Shown here one piece after another: positions 14,546 through 27,531 of a stretch of 64,000 nt of DNA. The position numbers and the translations under genes are program-made. Origin of the DNA: Lobosporangium transversale (taxonomy: Eukaryota); NCBI RefSeq assembly GCF_002105155.1, contig NW_019029015.1:310001-374000 (forward strand), written 5' to 3'. Each line of letters opens with the position of its first letter. The stretch's first letter is position 1. Under the pieces are notes generated by a model. It did no database searches and had not been told where the DNA came from. It saw nothing but the letters and a program-made list of their open reading frames with translations.

Positions 14546-15665
14546 AAATAAAAAAAAAAAAAAGGTGCGTTCTTGGGCTGACGGGTTGTATTTATACGAG
14601 ATTGAAGTGTATTAAAACTTTGTACTTGAAGGACTGAATGCTTGGATTCAATGTGGTCTAGATAGGGCGTATCAATGGTAGCCAACCGTTAACCGAGCCT
14701 CCTAAAATTACACGGAGAGAGAAATGCTGGCCGTAAAGAAGTCTTAGTGAGAGCATCAATCCAGATTGTCGATGGTGGATCTGTTCTTAATGAAGATGAG
14801 GGGGGTGTTTGAGCTGAACCACCGGCAATATGTCTAAATTTGTGAACGAGCAATTGACATTTTCAGAAATTGAGACCTGCATGTACACAGTCAATTGAAT
14901 TCGAAAACTCTTTTTTTCTCGTGGTTTGTGCGACTATAATTAATTGACCCTTTGCTTTGATGGTAAGCATTGCCTGACAGAGCTTTGATTGGTATTGCTT
15001 TCAAAACCCACTATTCAGCTCACGAGCATAATACGATAAATAATATTTACTGACCACGCTAAAAAAATGCTTCTTTATTTCTATTTCCTGAATGCAAGAA
15101 CGATAATTTGATCTGGATGTACCAGAACCAACTTTTTTTTTTTTTTTTTTTTTTTTCTTTTATTATATTATATATATATATTTTTTGCATATTTCTCCTA
15201 GCAACCAAAGACACAGTTATTTTTACCGCCTGATCATGAAAAATCTCCTCGAGATCTGTCTTACCTAACTATGCTGATCATCCCTTGAGCTGTTTGAAAG
15301 TAAATTATGGCCAATGTGAATAAGAGACATTAGTCCGGAAAAAAAGTCTTTTTTTTTTTTTCTGCATTGCATTGAATGCTTAATCAGGTCCCACAGCCGA
15401 GACAAAAAAGCGAACAAACGCGTCACGAACACCAATCTGCATATTGTCTTAGTTCAAATTAGAATGCGCTTATTCATATCATATCAGGCTCAAAAGTGCT
15501 TTTTTGCATGTAAAGGATGACAAGAACTACAATCTTGATAGTATTTGTCTCCACCTAGCATCGCAAAATAAAAAAAATTAATAATAAAAAAAAAAAACAA
15601 GAAAGCGGCGAATCTTGAAGGAGACCTGTTATCCAAAATGAAGATACATTTTTTGACATAAAAGC

Positions 15666-15696
<31 letters not shown>

Positions 15697-16620
15697 GGGA
15701 TGTAGAAACGCTTACAGGAGGCTGCATTAGCTCAAAGACTTGTCCAATTGCATCAACAGAATACGACCTGAGTTCTTATGGTTTGTACCTAAATCAGCAT
15801 TGCTTTGATGATCTTTACTTGTTTTCGTATGTATGGATCAGGAAAAAGAAAAAGAAAACCTAAGCTGCTCACAAGATCTTTTGAGTACCTCTGAAATAGA
15901 AGCTTCTACTCCAACTATAATACGCGCATATGGATCGCAGGAAAGTAGTTGTATTGCCCGATTCGTTTGGTCGGGAATCCATGAAATTGATTCGATGGTA
16001 TTTCACTCGTGATGGGCTTGGTTAACAAGCTAAACAATAAAATAATTGGCTTCCAATCCATTCAGTAGGATAGGATTTATCGTGATTGGCGAAATTACCG
16101 AATAGTGGGAATGATGTCACAACCTTGTTCCTATGACAACCTCAATCTATACTAACCTCACTCACCGTTGTCTTGCGTGTTTGAAAAAAAAAGAGAAAAG
16201 CCCATTGTCTTGTTCCTTTGCCTCAATTGGACGTGATCATACTTTACTTTTTTTTTTTTTTTGTTTTTGGGATCAGAGTCGATGTATATTCATACACGTA
16301 TAGTACTTTTTTTTTTGCGTTTCACCAAATAGGAACTGGTCACCAATGCATTACGTTATCCAAGAAGACAATCTTCGTCGCGACTAAACAAAACTGGTTA
16401 CAGTAGTCAATCGCATGAAACGTAGGACACAAGGATCCTGATGCTTGGTCAACTCCCTCCTTACCCATCTTGTTTTCAGCCTTTTGTTCTTTTGATCTTT
16501 TTTTGTTCATGAACGGCTGTTTCCAATGTCGTTTCTATTTTAGCAAACCTATTCTTTCAAATCCTAATCGATAGACTTCTCCTTTTGTCCCCTTTCTTTT
16601 CAAATTTCGAATGTAGTTTT

Positions 16621-16657
<37 letters not shown>

Positions 16658-17332
16658 GGCAGTTCATATTATCCTTACATACACAAGAAAAAGAAATAAT
16701 TGCTCATGGTCTGCATGCAGGATAGATTGAGGAGGGAGGTAGGGTGGGCGAAGGAGAGGGAGGCTGATAAAAAATAATAATATATATATATAATAGTAAT
16801 AATAATAAAAAGAGATAGAATGGAAGAAACTTTTTCAAACAAGAAACCACAGCAAATATCGTCATTTACTCGCTTTCTTTTCTTTTCTTTGTTTTATTTT
16901 ATTTTTTCAAGGGGACTCAGCAGACGACTGATAATGACATACATCATCGATTTCTATTTTTTATGTTTGGTTTTTTGGTTTTCTGTTGGGGCAATCAAGT
17001 TTTTTGTTTGTTTTTTTTTTTTGTTTGTTTTTTTTTTTTTTTTTTTTTCTTCCTGGACTCTATCTGCCTAGATTCAGAGTAAAAAAAAAAAAAAAAAAAA
17101 AAAAAATTTTTGTTGGTTTACTTTCCAAAGATGAAGAATATTTGATCAACGTTCACGCACAGACAAACCTTGTATTCGAGACAAAATGCATGAATTCGTT
17201 CTTGAAATGCAAAAGAAAAGAAAAAAATATATAAACACAGCTTTAGCCCCGTTGGCTCTCTTTTGGAGAACCAGTTTTGCTCATCTTCTATCTCGATTTC
17301 TTTTAGGAGTCTATCTCGAATGAATGCATTCT

Positions 17333-17366
<34 letters not shown>

Positions 17367-17761
17367 GATTCGTGCTTGTCAATTTCAAAGGGGAAGGGCA
17401 ACAAGACATGCGCATAGCATGAATCAAATTCAAGTTGCAGTTCTGTTTTTATTTATTTTTTTTAAAGAAAAAAAAATGTATTGATGTCAATCAAATACTT
17501 GCGTGGTGCTATACGCCTCACACGTATCAACATTATATATATATATATATGTATTTTTATTATACTTAATTTTTATTTTACGTGGTTTTGTTCAACGCGT
17601 TTTGGGTTTACCGCACATTAAGGTTTGTGCAACAGAGTGTGGCAACCGAGACAATGAAAATCAGAAAAATCAAAAAAAAATAAAAAAAAAAAAGGGGGGG
17701 GGGAAGTGAGGTTCTAGAAGTGTGGGGAATAGTAGCCGAGCTTCTCATAGACAGTCCACCA

Positions 17762-18881
17762 TCAAAACCCAGGACCACCAGAATCCGCCAGATATGAACT
17801 AGAAGTTGGTTCATAGAAGTTGTCTGGATTGTTATTGCCGATTGGTTTCAATTTCTGTATCTCATGGAATGCTCTGGTGAAGAAAGGACGAATCTCGTTG
17901 ATCTCCATTAGTCCAATGTTATCCATCTAATAATAATGATAACAACTTTTAGTTAGCTATATCTTTCCAATTCACCCTTTTTTTTTTTCATCCTTTATCA
18001 ATTTCCTCTCACCTGCAAATATGTTGATCCCAATGCTGCAACACCTTGTCGTGCTTTGCTCTGTCTGGTTTCTCGAAGATCTTTTATTAACGTTCTGACA
18101 GCGTCTGCTGATGGGATATCGTCACACGCACTTTACAAAAAAAAAAATAAAATAAAATAAAAAAAATTTTTTTAGGGGGACTAAAAGTTGAATGATGCGG
18201 AGGAAATCTTTTCCTTCTTTTAGTAACTTCCTCTATTTCCTTTACTCACTTTTCAAGAAGCAACTGTGCAATCTCCATGTAATGATATGGTAATGTACTA
18301 AACAGTTCCTCTTCTTGTTCTTCCTTTAACGTGCGCTGTAATGATTCTTGTCAATCACACCCCCCCCGAATTTTACAAAGAAAAGATTCGTTTAATAAGA
18401 AAACACTTTGTATAATAAATTCATTCTCGGACGGATAACAACAAAAAAAAAAAAAAAAAAAAAAAGTTTTTGTATAATATAACATCTGGTTTTTTTTTTT
18501 TTTTTTTTTATAGCATACCAACTGTCATCCATTTTGGGACCATAATGTTGCATTTCTGTTTCTTCTTGAGTGTTATTGCCATCCAGAGCGGGACTTTATT
18601 CAACTGTAAGGGCTTTAATGACGGTACTGAACCCTATCCTCGTTGGGATCATTAGAAGAAGAAAAAAAAAAAAATTGTCAAGTTTCTAAGGATCATTTGG
18701 TGGTGACTTTATCTTGATCGCAAACAGACAAAAAAAAAACTCTTTTTTTCATTATTACCGCAAGAAATTCTAAATCCTGTTTTGTGTCAATTGAAGCTGC
18801 AATCTCAATCATCTCATTCTCTGCCAAGAATTCAATCTCTAGAGGCGTCAATCCATTTTTAAGGTGTCGCGGCAAAGCCAT
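17762..18881 (-). CDS. PSF2: GINS complex subunit Psf2
   Basis: Exons approx 18881-18759, 18633-18519, 18348-18250, 18131-18013, 17926-17762. MALPRHLKNGLTPLEIEFLAENEMIEI, VPLWMAITLKKKQKCNIMVPKWM, MDNIGLMEINEIRPFF. Confidence 0.93.
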
Positions 18882-19029
18882 TGTAAAAAAAAAAAAAAAA
18901 AAAAAAAAAGAAATAATAATATATAACAACAATAATAAAAATGATATTTAAAAACAAAGGCTCCTCCTCGTATACATATATTTATACTGATGAAGAAAAG
19001 TAGGCAAAAACGTGTTGAAGGAGTTCTTT

Positions 19030-19116
19030 TTTGGCGGCAAATAATTAAGCTTCTTAGCTGTGGCTTCTGATTCTCCGTTTTTCACAACATCATTCGCGCC
19101 TTGCTAACAAACGCGT
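19030..19116. promoter_or_regulatory. E2F-like and MCB motifs in the PSF2 promoter
   Basis: TTTGGCGG 19030-19037 and ATTCGCGC 19092-19099 match WTTSSCSS. ACGCGT lies at 19111-19116. All are 150-235 bp upstream of a DNA replication gene. Confidence 0.45.
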
Positions 19117-19199
19117 AGTGAGTTTACTTTATGCATGTTCCTTAAAACAAATGCAACAAGTCATCCAATATACTTTAACAGTCATAATCCAGGACTCCC

Positions 19200-19240
<41 letters not shown>

Positions 19241-19276
19241 TTATTTTGTTAAAACAAGCGCAAAGAGGCGACTATT

Positions 19277-20531
19277 TTAAGCCTCAACGGGGGCGACAGG
19301 GGCGGCAGGGATAGCCTCCTCACGGGACTCAGAGACGGGGGCAAGGATAGGGGCCTCCTCCTTGGGCTCCATGATAGTGACCATGTCGGGAAGAGGGGTC
19401 TTGGGACCCATCTTGCCCTGAGGATCCCAAGGCAACATAATCTTGACCTTGACACCCAAAACTCCCTGGCGCAAGAGGACGTGACGAACTGCAGTGTCGA
19501 CAAAGTCCTTGGTAGGCTGACCAGAGTGGATCATGAATCCGTCAACGAACTTCATGGCCTTGGCACGGGCACCACGGAGCTTACCGGAAACAACAACCTC
19601 GCAACCCTTGGCACCAGACTCCATAATGTAGCGGACAACACCATAGCAAGCACGGCGGACAGCAACGCCGTTGAGAAGCTTGTATTTGAGGGACTCGCAC
19701 TGGGCAATAGCGCAGAGACCACGGAAAGAGACCTTCTCAGCGTACAACTCGACGGTGTTCTCGGGGAACTTGAAACGCTTCTGGACCAAAGAGGTCAACT
19801 CACGAATGCGGCGGCCCTGGAAACCAAGAATCTCCTGAGTCTGAGTAGCACGGATAATGATCTCAGTACGGGCGGGGGTGACGCGGACCTCAACGCCGGA
19901 GTAACCCTCGGCAGCGAGCTCACGCTGGAAGAACTCGTTCAACTCGGCGTAGAAAACACCATCGGCAATGAACTATTGGGAAAGACGCCCCCAGTAACAA
20001 CAATGATAATGACAATAATAATATGCAACAATAAGGTAAGTAAATGTTTTCAAAGATCCTTGTTCGTACTTGTCCATTGATGAAGCTACAAGCTACAGAG
20101 CTTTCCATGTATATATCCCGCTACAAAAATGTTATTGTGTCGTGAATGCTCAATTGATAACATTGGAAACTGATGAGGTTGAATTAAACATTGAATGGAT
20201 CAAGATGTTGTATTAATCTCGATATTGGTTGAAAAAAAATCAATTGAAACAGTTCACTCGGCAATGTCTCCTGTTTAAAAAACTCCCTTTGTTTGTCACT
20301 GCCATTGATCTGTACCAGCATCTTAGATCTGACATGAAAATTAATCATGAATCATGCTCCAATGCTCCCAAGTCGAGGATGTCAAGAATGCATCATAGGT
20401 CCTGTCTTTCCTTGTGGTTGTCGCGTATTTCTAGCACTTTAGTGCCTCCGTGCTACTGTAAGTGGCCATGAAAGGTAGGCAAGACCAAGAGCACTTGCCT
20501 TTCTCTTCTTGCTAATCTGAGCGGAGGCCAT
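19277..20531 (-). CDS. RPS3: 40S ribosomal protein S3 (uS3)
   Basis: Exon 1 20531-20499 ([11 protein letters not shown]), GC-AG intron 20498-19973, exon 2 19972-19277 ([33 protein letters not shown]...[13 protein letters not shown]). Confidence 0.98.
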
Positions 20532-20748
20532 GTTGATCAAGTTTTAAAATGTAGAGGAAAGAGGAAGATTTTTATCTTGCAAGCTTATCTTGTTTATTTA
20601 TCTACACTCCGTCCCATCTGGCTCAATCCACTCAAAAAATTTTCGGATTCAAATGTGGCTTGGTTTCCTTTTTTATTCTCCTAGGCTTTACTAACAGCTC
20701 TCCTCTCCCACTCTTTCACGTCTGGCTTCTGTCGGTATGATATATATT

Positions 20749-22323
20749 TTATTGTGCTGCAGCAAGAGCCTTCTGTGAGAAGAACTTGACATCGTTATCT
20801 TTATCTTCGCTTAATTTCAGCAAGGAAGGCTTGAGTTGTTGATCAACTAGCGGTTTCGTATCAGGGTTCTTCAAGAGAACAGGAATCAATGCTTCTATCG
20901 ACTTTGCAACATTAAATCGGATGTTTGGAATAGGGTCTGAGACCAAGTTGGTAACAGTAGGCAAAATATAGTCCCGGATAACCTCAGGTGTCACTACAGG
21001 CGCCATGGCCTATACATTTAAGCAACAAGAAAACAATGATTAGTGGGATCACGATATTTCATGGGATAGTACACAACACAAACAGCAAGCTATTTTTTTT
21101 TCTTTGTCAAGTCATGCATACCGTGATGGCAAAAATAGTTGTCATTCTATACAGATAGTTGGGGTGGTTTCCCATGGCCAAGACCTTGGGGATGATAGTT
21201 TGTTTAGCCCAATCAACACCAAAGACTTCAGTGAGCTTACGCAAGTTGACTGTGGCTGCCTCACGAATCGAAAACACACTGTCACTTAGCCACGACATGC
21301 AAAGAGCACCCAATTTCTCATCAAAGAACTGAACCCCCAATTGGGTTGCTAGCAAAGGGATATAATCGATAATGGCTAAACGGACCCGCCATTGTTTATC
21401 TTCGGCCAACTCAACAATTGCAGGCAGAAGCGACTGTGAAAGAAGCTCGATTCCAATGACTTCATTGACTGTCTCAAGCTTAGAAATGATATTTAGGCGC
21501 ACATCTGGGAACTCATCCTTGAGCAATTGTAAGAAAAGGGGAAGGAGATGCTCTGTTGTTGCCTCCTTGCCAAGAATGGGTGCCAGTCCGCTGATTTGCA
21601 TAGCTAGTGCAGCACGGACATGTTGAGAAGTATCCGTCACCAAATCCTTGACACATGGAAGAATATAGTTCAAGATTGTTTCTTTGTCTATCAACTGCGC
21701 AAAACCTATGGATACCGATATTTGAGTTGCAGGAACAATTTAGTATTTCATGCTACCGAAGAAAGAACATAGCAAACACTCTAGTTAAAGATTATAAAAA
21801 AAAAAAAAAAAAAAAAAAGACGGTTGATCATACCAGGGACTTGTCCTGCAGCAGCTGTGCGAACTTCAGCCTCGTTGTCTTTCAAAAGTCGAACAAACGC
21901 CACGACCAAATCCTCACGAGTAATATCTTCACCGACAGCTTTACTTAACTTTAAAAATCCAGACGAAAGTTCAGTATTAGATTTGAGCCTTTGAGCATGG
22001 GAGTAGAAGAAAACGAGTACAAATATTAAAGGACATTTGTGTATCGAACCTTAACAAAATTATCAGCAATCATGTAACGGACTCTCCATGACCTATCAGC
22101 AACCATTGCTTTGAGTGGCTGCAAGAAGTAGGTCTTTGATTCTTCAGGCGAAAGTTCCTCCGCAATGGCCACAAGGTCAGTCACAGTCAAGAGCCTCACA
22201 GAATCCTGCTCGTCTTGGGCAAGCTTGTTGAAGAATGGAATAATGTCTGAGATAAGGTGCTCTTTACTGACCTTCTTGGCAAACGACTATAAAACACGAT
22301 AAGCATATGCATGTAAATATCCT

Positions 22324-22354
<31 letters not shown>

Positions 22355-23344
22355 CCTTTGCAAAAGCTGTTGATATTAATATTCATCAATAATAACGTGT
22401 CCTTACACCAAGATGCGTTGCAGCAGCTCGGCGAACCATGGGGGTATCATCCATACAGAGCTGGCCAAACGATCTAAGGAATTGCAGAAAATTTTATATT
22501 AGACTGATCAAAATAATCCAAAAATGAAATCTCAATATTGCAAGATCACAAATCCTTTTCTTTTTTCCTAGCGTGATACATACTTGCGCATATCTTCTTG
22601 GGTTGCAGGTGAAGCCAGAGAGTATCCAGCAGCATAGAGACCTGTAGCACTAGTTCGGCTTGTGAACCAATCTCCCATTGAGAGACGCTTGACAAGAGGT
22701 ACATAATGTTGCTCCAACTGCGATTGGTTTAAAACAGGGCAGATTTTGTTCAAGGATTCAACCGCCTAAAAATTGTGAGGGGAGTGAGAGAGGGATTTGA
22801 GTCTGTTTGTAGCAGAACGTGATGAGATACAGACCCCCTCTTCCCCTTGGCTTCGCATCCCTCGCGCCTGTTGCATATATCCATCCCGAAAAGCGCGTCC
22901 ATTCATTAGGGCATCCTCTATGGTTGTTAATCATACCTTGTCGCGAACCATGGTCTCTTCCACGGCGGCCAGATTCTCCAATGGCTGCAAAAGAATATGC
23001 GCATACTGTGCGCCTCCGATATACTCCACAAAGTCACCCAATTCTCCTGCCAATGTCAATAGAACTTCATCCTCGTCATCAATAGATTCTAAAAGCAGGA
23101 ACAATATAACAAAGTCGGTATTAATAACTGCAAACATTGTATAGATTTCAATCACATATTTATCCAACAGGTGGAATAAGATACCATCAAGGAAAGGAAT
23201 CAGCTCATCCCTGGCACGTTGTGGTCCAAGTGCAAGTGCTATGGTGTTGAGTCGTTTGATGGCATTGAGTCTGAGACTGACATCGTCATGTCTGAGCTCA
23301 TCAATCAGGATGGCGATGGGATACAGCTCAACTTCAGGATTCAT
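20749..23344 (-). CDS. TPD3: Protein phosphatase 2A scaffold (A) subunit, HEAT repeats
   Basis: Multi-exon. [72 protein letters not shown]. Confidence 0.96.
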
Positions 23345-24193
23345 TTTAACTGAATGTGTTTAGGAAGAAGAAAAGGGGGGGCCAACTTGAGTCCTTGGTA
23401 TTCACGTGAGAACAGGGAGTATCCACACACGATATTTGGTGTGTATCAATGAATGTATTTAGGCAACCAAGAGGAAGAAGTTTTATTTTTTTTGGGTTCA
23501 ACTGAAACACTGCGACCAAGAAATGGAGATTGGATGAATGTAAATTGAGACTCTGGGACTCTGGTGCGACATTGCTTAAAAAAAAAAAAAAAAAAAAGCA
23601 CGATCAAGGGAACGTCACGTTAACCCCTGGTCACCTGCCATGCCAGCACAAAAAGAGTATGGCTCGCCTGCAGTGGAGACTGCTTGAGATTGACTTTTTT
23701 TTGATAAAGTTGCGGACGTGTTATGGAAATTCATGCTTTTCAACATGCCCAGAGTAAGAGCAATAAAAGTAAAGCAGAGCCAAGAAATAATATATAAATG
23801 TATAAAAAGACATATCTCGCTATTGTTCGCAAAAAATTATGTTGTAGCATGATCAAGATCATTTGGGTGGCCATGCCAGCTTTTTAGGATAAATAATGCA
23901 AATGCGGCATGGCCAGGCGCGTGCTGCCATGCCGTCATAACATGGAAAAACGTACAGTTATATTTCTAGGCCATTGGTTGGCTAAGAGCCTCTCGATTCA
24001 AAAAGATTATTCTAAACTAACCTCTCTATGTCAAACACTACAGAGGGCGGGCAGGTAAGTGGCTGGCAAGTGGGGAACATTGTAACTGAAGGAAGGGATT
24101 GCAATTGAGGGAAGGTGATGGCATTTTTTCCGTAAAATCGTTTAACGCTCGATTTATGTCTTAACATCTGCTAGAGATTCTCGGCTCGAGGAG

Positions 24194-24785
24194 ATGACAT
24201 CCCTGAATGCCAGTCTGGAAGATTTCCGACCCGACATCATCGCACGGGTAGATGACTTTCCAGTTCTCCTCGTAGAAGTGAAAAAACCTGGAATCAAGGC
24301 TGAGAAACTCTTATCGTTTGATTATCTCAAGCTGCTCTCCATGATGAAGCTATCTTTAAACAAGATGGTCCGGGGTAACATCAATAACCCAGTGGTTGCT
24401 GGTGTGCTTGTCCAAAGTAGGTTGCAGATATATATATATATATATATATATATTACGTATGTACATGTACATTTATATGTTTTATAACATTATAAAGCCA
24501 ATGCGTTTTAGGTGCAGCATTGAGTTTTTACACGATGGAATTGAGGTCCGAGGCGCTATACATCCCGAAGGAAGTTGGTCAGATACTTTTGCCCACCGAT
24601 AGAACAACTTCCACACGGATGTGTGGTGGGCTTGGGATTCTGGAAAACATGCAGGTATCCTTGTCGTCTTCGAGCTTTGATTCACATTGCATTATAACAG
24701 TAGATCTAATGATACATTAGATTAGAACGTTGTCTGGCGGTCAGGGCGGGACTTTAATAAAGGGTTCCCGCCTGGCAACAATAAT
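24194..24785 (+). pseudogene. Spliced PD-(D/E)xK restriction-endonuclease-like gene fragment inside the transposon
   Basis: RPDIIARVDDFPVLLVEVKKP...DYLKLLSMMKLSL...VVAGVLVQ. GT-AG introns at ~24416-24511 and ~24655-24720 keep the frame. No convincing N-terminus. Confidence 0.6.
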
Positions 24786-25026
24786 AAAACTGCCTTCTTG
24801 GCTTCAAGACCACAAAATATCTAATAATTTGCTAGAACTCAATGATAGTCATGAGCCAATAACTATCATCTCGAATTAACCTGATATTAAGTTTGCGCCC
24901 ATATAACTCTTTCATCCATGGAACGGGGCTGCTCAGAGCCATGGCAGCGACTTTGAGGATAATGACGAAAGTCTGAGCAGCACTCATACGAGAAGCCAAA
25001 AGAAGCCTCGCCATCGCCCTGACTAC

Positions 25027-25944
25027 ATGACAAGAATCGTGTTTCTAAGTTGGCTAGAGAGGTTTCAAGAATCAATTGCTACCCAAAATAAAGAGCGAAA
25101 AGTTGCGTTACTTGTTGATAATGCAGGCTGCCATAAGCTTCTGGATGAGGACAGGCGGCGCTTCCCTAACATCAAGGTTATTTTTTTACCAAACAACTCG
25201 ACTTTTGTCACGCAGCCGCTTGATGCAGGAATCATATCTGTTTTTAAGCGATGCTATCAGAGCAATGTAAGAAATCAGACTCTGAGCATGCGTTTGGACC
25301 CTTTCAATGTAGATGGTAGGGAGGTGAATGCCATCTCTAACTATGATGCATGGAAAATCATTGCTGGATCATGGGACGAGGTCAAAAGTATGAGTATCAG
25401 GAACTGCTTTGGCCATGTCCCAATTTTTGGTAGGCGTCAAAAGAATGAGCTCTCAGGCGATGTCGCGCACGATCCAGATGTGCTTTGGGCCCTAGTGTGC
25501 GATAATGAAGTACAGGAAGCCGCAATCAACGATACTGGCAACACGACAACAGACATGGAGCGCAATTGCCTTCTTCTACCAAGTCCTAACCTTTCTGTAC
25601 CAAGTTCTAACATCCCTCTACCAAGTCCAAGCTCCAAGGATCCTTTTGTGTGCACAGCTTACGGGGACCTTAAACGCACTGATCGAGAAGCGAGACTAAG
25701 GAATACGGTTGCATCATTTGCGAGGATCCTTGACGGAACACCCATCATATATCATGCCATCAATGAGTTGCTGGAAGAAGAAGGCTTAGTTACTGAGAGA
25801 CTTCTGTCGTACCTTGCCCCAAGACCAAGCGCCGCCGAAATTATGGATGTAGATTGGCAGGAGTATGATGATGACGATGACGAGGATCACGAAGTATATG
25901 TCAGTGATGCAGAGGAATTGAGCGAATATGTCGCGATATCATAA
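25027..25944 (+). pseudogene. N-terminally truncated DDE_1 (CENP-B/pogo) transposase
   Basis: MTRIVFLSWL...LLVDNAGCH...VIFLPNNSTFVTQPLDAGIISVFK (D34D spacing), later W..V...SIRNCF. The HTH and first catalytic Asp region is absent, with an in-frame stop upstream at 24904. Confidence 0.85.
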
Positions 25945-26842
25945 GCCAGTAGGAGAGGCCCCTATGTCAGTCGTGTCCATATCCAACCCTCAGATGACGG
26001 TTCTTCTATGGATACTGACGGATCTGAAGAGCAAGCAGACTATGACGAGAGGGTCCAGAACATGTCTCCTGGTGCACGGCATGATGTTATGATGCTTGCT
26101 GCAGCAATAGCAAAAGGCAATGCTCGAAAGATCATCCAGTTGCATGCCGACAAATTGTTTCTTTCGGAGATCCCAGATTATGAAGATCCCAGTACCAAGT
26201 ACGATAAGAACCAGTTTTTGGCCGACATCGACAGCGAAGAAATGCACGCAAAGATTATGGGTTTATTTCCAAATATACCCGCATCCCAACGCTGAGAATT
26301 CTGCATTAATACCATCAACACTGTACTATTTGTTGGGTGAACTTTCTTGAGTACCGATGCTACACTGCATAATGCACATCAATGCACGGTAAATGCTATC
26401 CATAGTGAAAAGTTTTAGAGTTGGTTTTTCACATACCCTGCTCCTCAAAAAAAAAAAAAAAAAAAAAAAAAAGCGAGCAAAACACAAAGCAATAAAGTGA
26501 CAAATTGCCGATTTATTGGATTTTATTATATCAATGATGTGTATTTATCCATTTAGTATCAGCGAGTGAGTCGTGAGCGAACATTAAAGGTAAAGGTCCT
26601 TGTCTGCTATAATAAAACAATAATAATAATAATAGTAATAAAAATCAGAATCGGGAACTGGCAAGATGACTAGAAAATGTCATATCAGCTATTGGCTGAA
26701 AATGTTGGAGTGGTTATTATTATGGCAACTGCGAGCAAAAATGGTAGAGACGACAGTGGAAAGGAACGACTTGCTCCATCTCGAAGCAGACAGAAAACCA
26801 ACTGCAGAGACAGCGCTGGTCACTAACAATCATCACCATGAA

Positions 26843-26900
26843 GATGGTGGGATTTTACCATCGCGAGGATGGTGGGATTTTACCATCGCGAGGATGGTGG
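26843..26900. repeat. 25-bp tandem duplication inside the transposon
   Basis: GATGGTGGGATTTTACCATCGCGAG occurs twice, followed by a partial third copy. Confidence 0.85.
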
Positions 26901-27531
26901 TTAAGTTCTCTGCCCTAAGGTAGAGAGGTACCAATGCAGCTGCAGCTGTGTCTGTTGCTCGAGAGAGTGGCCGAGATCGTGAATAGAATGGACAAGGACA
27001 AGGAGAAGAGAGACTTGCTTGATGCTATGTGATTGAAAAAAAAGCTTACGCCATCACCTTCCCTCAGTTGCAATCTCTCATCCTTTAGCTACAATGTCCC
27101 TGTACCACGCTGCAATGTTTGACATAGAGAGGTTAGCTTAGAATAGTGTTTTTGAATTGAGAGACTCTTAGCCAACCAATGACCTAGAAATATAACAAAT
27201 TTGAAATTTGTACAAAAGTGTACAATTATCGAGATTCCACTGTACTGTATTTTTGTCATTGTACCTGAATTTTTTATCCAGCAAGCCTCATAAACACTCC
27301 GTCAAAAAAAAACTTTTTTTTTTTTTTTTTTTGTGTTCGCTGTCACTCCACTCATTTGAATAATCTCGTGTTCACTCGCCCAGTGGCAACAAACAGGTAG
27401 CCCAGCTGGTGTATACCTTCTCAACACCTGCCTTTCCCTCCATTCATAATCCTCGCGTCCATTTCTTCATTCTCCCACATATACCCCCTCCCTCTTCCTT
27501 ACTACATTCATATATACTTTCACAGCTCATT

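Larger units (their letters stand above)
23955..27242. mobile_element. pogo/Tigger-type (Tc1/mariner) DNA transposon, non-autonomous, TA-flanked
   Basis: Imperfect ~90 bp inverted repeats at 23957-24045 and ~27108-27197. The right end reads CAGTGGAATCTCGATAA on the minus strand. TA at 23953-54 and 27243-44. Internal DDE_1 ORF. Confidence 0.85.

Noticed and set aside
13096..17709. Numerous poly-F/poly-K ORFs
   Set aside because: They derive from poly(T)/poly(A) tracts and lack coding-like composition.
19481..20080. 199-aa ORF antisense to RPS3 (similarly those antisense to STM1, CCT1, CSN2)
   Set aside because: Shadow ORFs caused by biased codon usage of the sense gene.
19973..20498. U15-like C/D snoRNA in the RPS3 intron
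   Set aside because: No canonical box C with a downstream CTGA found on the minus strand.
26008..26295. 95-aa ORF downstream of the transposase as an independent gene
   Set aside because: No recognisable domain; more likely an out-of-frame continuation of the decayed transposon ORF.
26843..26900. Short repeats as a CRISPR array
   Set aside because: Adjacent tandem duplication without spacers in eukaryotic DNA; no cas genes.
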